A DNA stretch of 24,000 nucleotides, from positions 108,806 through 132,805 of the forward strand of contig CALYQQ010000003.1 in NCBI GenBank assembly GCA_945288535.1, given 5' to 3'. The first letter of the stretch is position 1, and each line of letters opens with the position of its first letter. The stretch is from an uncultured Enterobacterales bacterium. GTDB taxonomy: Bacteria > Pseudomonadota > Gammaproteobacteria > Enterobacterales > CALYQQ01. The notes beneath the pieces are model-generated. The model worked only from the letters and a program-made list of their open reading frames with translations. It ran no database searches and was not told where the DNA came from. Positions 1 through 6,843 of this stretch are shown here, piece after piece. The translations under genes were made by a program, and so were the position numbers.

Positions 1-43
1 ATATTACTGGCTTAGTGACTTATTCTGCACCTTTTGGTTTTAT

Positions 44-328
44 TTAATAAGTAATAATAGGTAAAGGTCGATAGCCAAGAATCAATTGCTCTTTTTGTTG
101 TTTGGATAACTGCTTTATGCGATATTCAAGTTTAAGTGCTGTTGAATGATCATCAACGTGGTGTTGATAAACCAGTGTTAATGGCTGCCGTCCACACAGG
201 GTTTTTGCTCTTTTGCCTTGTCAATATTGCATTAAGCGTCTTTGAAAATTGGTGGTAATTCCATATATAGGCGATTATCGCCACTGCGTATAATACAAAG
301 TGTCTACTTCATATCGTACTCTACTCAT
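44..328 (-). pseudogene. yhbQ: GIY-YIG nuclease superfamily protein (YhbQ/UPF0213-like), interrupted by two in-frame stop codons
   Basis: The single-frame minus-strand translation is [92 protein letters not shown]. It is collinear with E. coli YhbQ as I recall it (..[61 protein letters not shown]). A TAA at 275-277 and a TGA at 221-223 interrupt it. The stops explain its absence from the ORF track. Confidence 0.8.
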
Positions 329-660
329 AATATAGGCAATATGCCTAAAATGGGGGTTGTAGTAATCCTCACTGATGTGGAGATATTAAAATTCTTTTAA
401 ATCAATATAGTTTAGCCCCATAAAGTGCGGAAAAGAATAGCTTTAATATAAAGTCTAATCGTAAGGGGTAAAATAGACGTATTATGATGAGCATTTTTAC
501 CTATTTAGATTTAATACTTATGATTTGATAAAGTGTAATATAGAATTTTTCTATTTTTTCTTATTACAAGATATAAAGATAAATATATAAAGTAAGTTAA
601 CATATGGTCATCTTATGCTTTTTTAATAAGCAGACAGCTATTTATACTAATATTTCTCTA

Positions 661-1300
661 ACATATGAATTTAATTTCTTTATAAAAATAAAATTTAAAG
701 ATAATATATAATATAAAACTATATTATTTAAATAAAGATAATATCCTGTTATTACAATGTTAGTTTTATTTTAAATATAAATATTAAATTTAGTATAAAA
801 ATTTAATTAATAAAATTATTTTTTACTAAATTATAATAATAATGATTTTGTTAATTAGTTTTTAAAATTACAACTGATTATTTACTGTTTTATATAACTA
901 ATTTCTTGTTTTATTAAAATATAAATTTTATTTTTTATAGAAAGTATTATGATGTTGATTATATATAATCCAGTTATAAATGTTACTATAAATCAAAATA
1001 TTTTAATAAATCATTAATAAATAAATTTATTGAAAACTAATCAAGTTATTATTATTTTTATATATAAAATTTATTTCTTTTAAAGTAATATCTAATAATT
1101 TTTATGCTAAAAATTTATTATATTTAATAATGAATTTATAAATAATAATAAATATTAAAAATAATGAGTTAAATTTATTAATTAAATAAAGTTTATTATA
1201 GTTTCAAAGAATATTATAAAAACTTTATTTTTTTAAAATACTGTTAATAAAAATTCTTATTTAGTGTTCTTAAAATAGGAACTATTTTATTTATATATAA
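661..1300. other. Near G/C-free non-coding tract with no ORF in the supplied track on either strand
   Basis: A hand count of the ten 60-nt lines 661-1260 gives 57 G/C in 600 nt (about 9.5%). Individual lines have 2-9 G/C. I saw no tandem periodicity. Confidence 0.9.
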
Positions 1301-2075
1301 TCCTTATATTATTATTTTGGTAAATATAAAAACATATCTTCTGATAACAGCGCAATGAACACATTGTCTTACCATTTATTGCCTTATCATTGTTTAGATA
1401 TAGTAGTTTGTGGTTATTTATTAGTAAAACAAAACTGTTATCAACTTACTACTCTTTTAACAGAAATAGAGATCCTCGCTGAACAAGTGGCTGAATGGTT
1501 TGCCTACTTTTTAGCGCTGCATGATATTGGTAAATATGCAAGTAATTTTCAAAATAAATGCCCAGATATCCTGCAATATTTAATTAAAAAAAATGAATTA
1601 ATGTCAGCGGCAACCCGGCATGACAGTATTGGGTTTATGCTGTTAAATAAGCTATTATACGATAGTGGCAATATCCTTTTTGATGAAGTGCTCGACTTCT
1701 CGATTTATTTTTTTGTATCTGTATCTAAATCAATGGATATATATTATGACGGGTCATTATGGTAAGCTGCCGATCGTTGATAATACGCTTCCTAGATCTT
1801 GTAATGAAGAAGGTGAGAAAGCCACTATAGATTGGTTAATGACACTAAAAAACTTTTTCATGTTGATCTTTTCCTCGCCAAATTTTCTACGAAGCAAATA
1901 GCAATAAAATTAAATCAAACTTGCTGGTTACTAGTGGGTATTACTGTTCTGGACGGCTGGCTTAGGACAAATGAAGATAAATTTGCCTACCATTCAGAAT
2001 ATATGCCTTTATTGTAAATACTGGCAAAAGTATGCTTTATGCAATGTACAAAAGGCATTAGAGATTATTCCGCAA
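1301..2075 (+). pseudogene. cas3: Type I-E cas3 remnant: HD nuclease domain and linker only, start codon lost, at least three frameshifts
   Basis: The stitched frames read ..YFGKYKNISSDNSAMNTLSYHLLPYHCLD..AEWFAYFLALHDIGKYASNFQ.. / ..WIYIMTGHYGKLP.. / ..CWLLVGITVLDGWL..FAYHSEYMPLL* / KYWQKYALCNVQKALEIIPQ. These follow E. coli Cas3 (YgcB) ..HYWGKSS..LLIYHCLD..LLFFIALHDIGKF..AVTGHHGF..LLAGFCSLADWLGS.. The HD motif HDIGK is present. No helicase motifs follow. Confidence 0.85.
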
Positions 2076-2631
2076 GGTGTAAGGACGCATATCCCTATGG
2101 GGCAATTGCATGCATTATGTTAGAGCCTGGTATGCGTGACTCTCATGCCGCTGTGAGATTAGCAGCAATAGCGGGAACGTTATTAGTTTGGGTTGGTGAA
2201 GCGGGGATAGAATGTATGCATCTGGTCAAACTGGTGGTGCTCGTTCAGATCGATTATTGCATCAGGCTAAACTTGCGCTTGACGATAATTTGCGATTAAA
2301 GATAGTTCGGTACATGTATTTTCTTCGTTTCAGAGAAGTACCGCCAGTGCGTCGTTCCATTGAGCAATTGCGCAGTATTGAAGGCGCGCGAGTGAAAAAA
2401 ATGTATATTTTATTGGCTAAGCGTTATGGTTCCAAATGGTCAGATCGCAAATATGAGCCAAAATAATGGGCCATGGGTGATACGATTAATCAGTGTATTA
2501 GCATTGCAACATCATGTTTGTATGGTCTTTCTGAAATTGCCGTTTTAGCTACAGATTATGCACCATCAATTGATTTTACTCATTGGGGAAAACATCTCAC
2601 TTTTTTTTATGATATTGCTGATATTATTAAG
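2076..2631 (+). pseudogene. cas1: Type I-E cas1 remnant lacking about 37 N-terminal codons and the C-terminal third, with two frameshifts and one in-frame stop
   Basis: The fragments are GVRTHIPMG / YGAIACIMLEPGMRDSHAAVRLAAIAGTLLVWVGEAGI / MYASGQTGGARSDRLLHQAKLALDDNLRLKIV..RRSIEQLRSIEGARV..LLAKRYGSKWSDRKYEPK* / GDTINQCISIATSCLYGLSEIAVLATDYAPSIDFTHWGKHLTFFYDIADIIK. They track E. coli Cas1 (YgbT) TGIRTHIPVGSVACIMLEPGTRVSHAAVRLAAQVGTLLVWVGEAGVRVYASGQPGGARSDKLLYQAKLALDEDLRLKVV..GDTINQCISAATSCLYG..FVYDIADIIKFD. A TAA at 2464-2466 replaces the Asp codon of ..DPKDWEKGD.. Confidence 0.9.
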
Positions 2632-2679
2632 TTGGATGGATTACGTTTGGTCTCTTTTCTACCGGAAGAAAAAGGATAA
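2632..2679 (+). pseudogene. cas2: cas2 3'-terminal remnant (last ~12 homologous codons plus a short divergent tail and the stop) fused in frame to the cas1 fragment
   Basis: LDGLRLVSFLPEEKG* matches the C-terminus of E. coli Cas2 (YgbF) ..RRTPVDLDGLRLVSFLPV. The rest of cas2 is absent. Confidence 0.7.
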
Positions 2680-2836
2680 ATATGGTTAAATTATGTGCAT
2701 AGGGTGGAGACTGAAAAACAGCCACATTTTTGTGACCTTTAAAAATTAGTAAGTTATTTTTATAAAAATGCGATAAATAATGGGTAGATTAATTAGGTGA
2801 AAAAAATTTAATATAAAATAAGTTGTTATTGTAAGA
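2680..2836 (+). promoter_or_regulatory. Probable CRISPR leader: AT-rich non-coding DNA between the cas2 remnant and the first repeat
   Basis: The position and AT-richness match the type I-E layout cas2-leader-array. No specific IHF site or promoter motif was verified. Confidence 0.45.
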
Positions 2837-2927
2837 GTATTCCTCGTGCACACGGGGCTAAACTGCAGCAGAATTAGAGACTGTTTACTATGAAAATTGT
2901 ATTCTCTGTGTAGGCTGCAATATTGTT
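2837..2927 (+). CRISPR. Vestigial type I-E CRISPR array of two repeats and one 33-nt spacer, with a degenerate terminal repeat
   Basis: Repeat 1 (2837-2865) is GTATTCCTCGTGCACACGGGGCTAAACTG. It resembles the E. coli I-E repeat GAGTTCCCCGCGCCAGCGGGGATAAACCG and keeps a 6-bp stem with a 4-nt loop (CCTCGT/ACGGGG, one G:U pair). The spacer is 2866-2898. Repeat 2 (2899-2927) is GTATTCTCTGTGTAGGCTGCAATATTGTT. It shares the first 6 nt and about half of all positions with repeat 1, at the expected 62-nt period. Confidence 0.7.
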
Positions 2928-3017
2928 GACGTTATTTCTGTAAAGAATTAAAAACTAACCTGTTGCATGTTTTTTCCACAAAATAAAGTTAAACCTATAA
3001 TTAAAAAATAATTTCTG

Positions 3018-3045
3018 TTGACAGAATACTAAGTGTACATATAAT
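3018..3045 (+). promoter_or_regulatory. Near-consensus sigma70 promoter upstream of the SRPBCC-MarR pair
   Basis: TTGACA (3018-3023), a 16-nt spacer, then TATAAT (3040-3045). It lies about 40 nt upstream of the ATG at 3087. Confidence 0.55.
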
Positions 3046-3086
3046 AATAGTACTTATTTAATTATTATATATTATTGAGGTTAATA

Positions 3087-3518
3087 ATGGACAATTTCTC
3101 AATTAGTTTTAAAGTAATCACATCTGCAACACCTCAAAGGATTTGGCAATATTATACTGATATTTTATTAAGAAAATTATGGGAAACTGATCTCGAAGAA
3201 TTTACATTATTTGGTGAATTAAAAAGTGGTAGTAAAGGAATATTTAAAATTAAAAATTCACCAGCCATGGAGGTTGAACTATCAACAGTTATTATTGAAC
3301 AAGAATTAACAGAGCAATTTATTTTACCTGATATAGGAACCTTGTATTTTTCACATCAAATTGAACTAGTATCTGATCAGTTATGTGCTATCAAATCGGT
3401 TATTGCTCTAAAGCCCAACGCAGAATTAACTGATGATGCGTGCCACAACTTTCTAAAAGACATTTCAAGTGATATTATGGATAAAGCATTTACATTGAAA
3501 AAATTAATAGAAGGTTAA
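3087..3518 (+). CDS. SRPBCC (START/polyketide-cyclase/AHSA1-like) superfamily protein
   Basis: ORF-track protein trimmed to the ATG at 3087, which follows GAGG at 3077-3080. The N-terminal pattern ..ISFKVITSATPQRIWQYYTD....KLW.. is typical of small SRPBCC proteins. About 143 aa. Visibly more AT-rich than the thr genes. Confidence 0.55.
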   Translation: MDNFSISFKVITSATPQRIWQYYTDILLRKLWETDLEEFTLFGELKSGSKGIFKIKNSPAMEVELSTVIIEQELTEQFILPDIGTLYFSHQIELVSDQLCAIKSVIALKPNAELTDDACHNFLKDISSDIMDKAFTLKKLIEG

Positions 3519-3522
3519 TATA

Positions 3523-3981
3523 TTGTCTCAGCATAATACGTTTTCATCAAAATTTAATGATGACTCATCAAAATCAGTTGGTTTTTTATTTATGAAAACG
3601 TATTCTGCGTGGCATAGTTTAATTAAGCACTGTCTAAAAAAACATGGTATTACCCATCCCCAATTTGTCGTTCTTGCAACACTTGCTTACCTTTTAGAAA
3701 AAGAGAATGAAGTTACACAGATTATGCTTTCTCAACAGGCAAATATTGATGTCATGACAATTTCACAAATATTAGAAAACTTAGAAAAGAAAGCATTTAT
3801 TGAGAGAAGAATATCGGCTAAAGACAGTAGAGCAAAGTCCATCAAATTGACCGAGAAAGGCTATAATGTGGTGGATATCACTGTACCACAAGTAGAAATG
3901 GTTGATGAACAATTCTTTTCTCGTCTTAATACAGACATCAACATCTTCCGTAATATGCTGAAAATACTAATCAATTCATGA
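3523..3981 (+). CDS. MarR-family transcriptional regulator
   Basis: SVGFLFMKTYSAWHSLIKHCLKKHGITHPQFVVLATLAYL..VTQIMLSQQANIDVMTISQILENLEKKAFIERRISAKDSRAKSIKLTEKG matches the MarR winged-helix pattern. The TTG start lies 4 nt after the SRPBCC stop. The start is uncertain, and the next ATG at 3592 would truncate the conserved N-terminal helix. Confidence 0.8.
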   Translation: MSQHNTFSSKFNDDSSKSVGFLFMKTYSAWHSLIKHCLKKHGITHPQFVVLATLAYLLEKENEVTQIMLSQQANIDVMTISQILENLEKKAFIERRISAKDSRAKSIKLTEKGYNVVDITVPQVEMVDEQFFSRLNTDINIFRNMLKILINS

Positions 3982-4627
3982 TATTTTATTATCTCATCAT
4001 ATTCAGGTAAGCTTTTCTATTACCAGATGGCATGGTTTAAATATATATATAGGACTGTGTATTATGGCCGTAAACTCTTTTTTGATAAAACTTCCTGTTA
4101 TTTATACCTGTATTAAAAAACATAATGACGTAAATTTTATTCGTTCACAGGCTAATTAAGTAAATACGATAGGCATAAATACTAATAACGACAGTGAGAT
4201 AAGTGGTCATTTTATTGCTATTAATGCTGACATTAATTATAGATAACTTACTCCTTCGTCAAATAAAATAGTGGAATCTATCTTATGTTTAATTACTCTT
4301 TCAAAGCGGATTTAATAGATGTATTCGCAATGTTATCTAATACATTTTATTACAATAATATTTATCTCTAGTTTTGTGCGGTATCTTTTGATTGTATCTC
4401 TCTCTAAAATCGAATATTACTAGGCTATGTTTATGACAATAGTATGAAATATGCTAGATAAAAATTACCTTAATTTCTTATTTTCTTAGTATACAATAAC
4501 TCTTGTTATCTTATTTACCCCATCTGTAAGTTGTATGATGTCGTTCATTATCCTACTTTAAAAATTGTTTATACATATTAAATTAATAAGTATCGAGCCA
4601 TAAGAACATAGATGGGAATAAATATAG

Positions 4628-5632
4628 ATGAAAATTAAACTATATAGTGCTAAGCAATATGATAAAAAGTACTTCAATATTGCAAATCAGCAATTTAATA
4701 ATGAAATTGACTATTTTGAATTTAAATTAAATCCAACAACCGCAAAAACGGCCGAAGGTAGTGATGCAATATGTATTTTTGTTAATGATGATTGTGGTAA
4801 AGAAACCATAGAGGAATTAGTAAAATATGGCATTAAATATATTGCATTACGTTGCGCGGGTTTTAATAATGTTGATATAGAAACTGCAAAACGAGTCGGT
4901 TTACACATCGTACGTGTCCCCGCCTATTCGCCAGAAGCGGTAGCAGAGCATGCAGTAGGATTAATGATGAGTTTAAATCGGAAAATCCACCGTGCTTATC
5001 AACGTACACGCGATGCTAATTTTTCATTAGAAGGATTGACGGGTTTTACAATGCATAACCGCACTGCGGGTATTATCGGTACTGGACGAATTGGTCTGGC
5101 TGTAATACGCATTTTGCGTGGTTTTGGTATGCGGTTATTAGCATTTGATCCCATTATTAATCAACACGTGTTAGAACTTGGTGTAGAATATGTTGATTTA
5201 AAAACATTATATGCACAATCAGATATTATTTCCTTACATTGTCCGATGTCACCCGAAAACCACCATCTTTTAGATAAAGCGGCATTTGATCAGATGAAAC
5301 CAGGAGTAATGATTATTAATACCAGTCGTGGTGGATTAATTAATTCACCTGCTGCTATCGATGCATTAAAACAACAACGTATCGGCGCATTAGGTCTTGA
5401 CGTTTATGAAAATGAACGAGATCTGTTTTTTGAAGATAAATCGAATGACATTATTCAAGATGATATTTTTCGGCGATTGTCAGCTTGTCACAATGTATTA
5501 TTTACCGGCCATCAGGCTTTTTTGACAGAGGAAGCCCTTATTAATATATCTGAAATTACCTTAACAAATCTACAGCAATTAGCAAATGGTCAACCTTGTC
5601 AAAATAGCTTATTTGCTAGCGGCGAGCAATAA
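4628..5632 (+). CDS. ldhA: Fermentative D-lactate dehydrogenase (NAD-dependent 2-hydroxyacid dehydrogenase)
   Basis: Near-collinear with E. coli LdhA over the full length: MK..YS.KQYDKKY...TAKTA.G..A.CIFVNDD...IALRCAGFNNVD...VVRVPAYSPEAVAEHA...NRKIHRAYQRTRDANFSLEGLTGFTM...GMRLLAFDP...VYENERDLFFEDKSNDIIQDDIFRRLSACHNVLFTGHQAFLT. Confidence 0.95.
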   Translation: MKIKLYSAKQYDKKYFNIANQQFNNEIDYFEFKLNPTTAKTAEGSDAICIFVNDDCGKETIEELVKYGIKYIALRCAGFNNVDIETAKRVGLHIVRVPAYSPEAVAEHAVGLMMSLNRKIHRAYQRTRDANFSLEGLTGFTMHNRTAGIIGTGRIGLAVIRILRGFGMRLLAFDPIINQHVLELGVEYVDLKTLYAQSDIISLHCPMSPENHHLLDKAAFDQMKPGVMIINTSRGGLINSPAAIDALKQQRIGALGLDVYENERDLFFEDKSNDIIQDDIFRRLSACHNVLFTGHQAFLTEEALINISEITLTNLQQLANGQPCQNSLFASGEQ

Positions 5633-5819
5633 CAAGTCTGGGGACATATAAAGAGGATATTTTAGTTTTTAGATGTGAATTATTATAACTCTCTGATATT
5701 ATTTACTTGATTTTTATATAATTAGGTTTTATATCACGTTATTATAATTCTGACTAACAATCTTTACTTATTATTTTACTGGCACAATAGTGTCAATAGA
5801 CAAGCATACGTTAAATATC

Positions 5820-6509
5820 ATGCAGTTTCATATTATATTGGTATCACCAGCCAGGCCAGAAAATATCGGTGCCGTTGCACGGGCAATGAAAACAATGGGG
5901 TTTTCATCATTACGGATTGTGAATAGTGAGGCACATTTATTGCCTCAGGCACGCTGGGTAGCCCATGGCGCAACAGATATTCTTGATAATAGCTGTACAT
6001 TTTCTACATTAGCCCAGGCCATTAAGGATATTGATTTTGTCGTAGCGTCAACTGCGCGTCATCGTTCTGACTACCATTATTACTGTACACCACCTCAATT
6101 ATTAACTTTATTAGAAGAAAAAAAACAGTGGATGAATAATGTAGCACTGGTATTTGGTCCAGAGAACGCTGGGTTATCTAATGAGCAATTAGCGTTGACT
6201 GATTTATTGACGAGTGTTGAATTAGCTGCTGATTATCCGTCATTAAATCTTGCGCAATCGGTAATGGTATATTGTTATCAACTTACTTCATTAGTCCGTT
6301 CTCCAGCTACACCTTTTCCCAGCGACCATAGTCAACTGCGGGCATTACGCCAACGATTTCATGATTTACTTATAAAATTAGATGTAGTCAATGATAAAAA
6401 ATTGGCGAATTGGTTTGTGCAGCGTAGTAGTTTTCTCGCTCAACGTGACACAGCAATGTTGCATCGATTATTACATGATATAGAAAAAAAAATACAAAAA
6501 AATAAATGA
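5820..6509 (+). CDS. lasT: SpoU/TrmH-family RNA methyltransferase LasT (YjtD)
   Basis: MQFHIILVSPARPENIGAVARAMKTMGFSSLRIVNSEAHL..RWVAHG..ADYPSLNLAQSVMVYCYQL..QRDTAMLHRLLHDIEKKI matches E. coli YjtD/LasT (MRITIVLVAPARAENIGAAARAMKTMGFSDLRIVDSQAHL..). It sits immediately upstream of thrL, as in E. coli. The start was moved from the track's GTG at 5790 to the homologous ATG at 5820. Neither start has a clear SD. Confidence 0.85.
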   Translation: MQFHIILVSPARPENIGAVARAMKTMGFSSLRIVNSEAHLLPQARWVAHGATDILDNSCTFSTLAQAIKDIDFVVASTARHRSDYHYYCTPPQLLTLLEEKKQWMNNVALVFGPENAGLSNEQLALTDLLTSVELAADYPSLNLAQSVMVYCYQLTSLVRSPATPFPSDHSQLRALRQRFHDLLIKLDVVNDKKLANWFVQRSSFLAQRDTAMLHRLLHDIEKKIQKNK

Positions 6510-6691
6510 TATTCTGGTAAGGCTACCTTATTTTATAAAGAAATAGCATTTACTAAAAAAATATTTTTACTCACTCTCCATGATAGGTTATATTCAATAC
6601 AACTAGACAAATCCGTGGCAATAAATTTATAGAATTTGGTCAACCGATGATAATCTGCTTATATTGCCAAATATAACTTATATAAAAAACA

Positions 6692-6763
6692 ATGCGAACA
6701 ATTACCCTAATGACAATTATTATTACCATCACCACCGAAACGAGTTGTTGCGGGGCGGGTTGA
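6692..6763 (+). CDS. thrL: thr operon leader peptide
   Basis: A 23-aa peptide, MRTITLMTIIITITTETSCCGAG, with 7 Thr and 5 Ile codons. It ends in GAG like E. coli ThrL ([21 protein letters not shown]) and is followed by the attenuator hairpin. Confidence 0.9.
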   Translation: MRTITLMTIIITITTETSCCGAG

Positions 6764-6783
6764 CGCACACAAAGATCCCAAAA

Positions 6784-6808
6784 ACCCGCACCTGATGCGG
6801 GTTTTTTT
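6784..6808 (+). terminator. thr attenuator (intrinsic terminator) between thrL and thrA
   Basis: ACCCGCA (6784-6790), loop CCTGA, TGCGGGT (6796-6802), then a T-run to 6808. It closely resembles the E. coli thr attenuator GCCCGCACCTGACAGTGCGGGCTTTTTTTT. Confidence 0.9.
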
Positions 6809-6843
6809 ATAATTATTGATAGCAAGCAGAAATGAGGAACAAC

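Noticed and set aside
661-1300. A possible hidden CRISPR array, tandem repeat, or small-gene cluster inside the AT desert.
   Set aside because: Reading through it, I found no recurring unit of fixed period, no repeat resembling the I-E repeat at 2837, and only very short ORFs without an SD. I kept it as a compositional anomaly only.
1355-2679. Six plus-strand ORFs in the track (136, 78, 61, 86, 84 and 68 aa) that could be annotated as separate small genes.
   Set aside because: Their translations tile consecutive segments of Cas3 (HD domain), Cas1 and the Cas2 C-terminus in alternating frames. They are fragments of pseudogenes, not independent genes.
4145-4210. A 21-aa hydrophobic minus-strand mini-ORF, MTTYLTVVISIYAYRIYLISL, in the 650-bp gap before ldhA. 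It is reminiscent of type I toxin peptides.
   Set aside because: It has no Shine-Dalgarno sequence, no recognisable antisense-RNA partner or flanking structure, and no similarity to Ibs, Ldr, Hok or TisB that I can see. Short ORFs like this arise easily by chance.
6518-6534. A hairpin, TAAGG-CTA-CCTTA plus TTTT, after lasT as an intrinsic terminator. A similar one, TAATGC-AG-GCATTA, lies at 11561-11574 after thrC.
   Set aside because: The stems are only 5-6 bp and AT-rich, with tiny loops and poor or interrupted U-tracts. They are too weak to annotate as terminators.
6604-6633. A candidate thr operon promoter: TAGACA, an 18-nt spacer, then TATAGA.
   Set aside because: The position is plausible, about 60 nt before thrL. 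Both hexamers are imperfect, the spacing is non-optimal, and several alternative matches exist in this AT-rich stretch. It is not supportable without TSS data.
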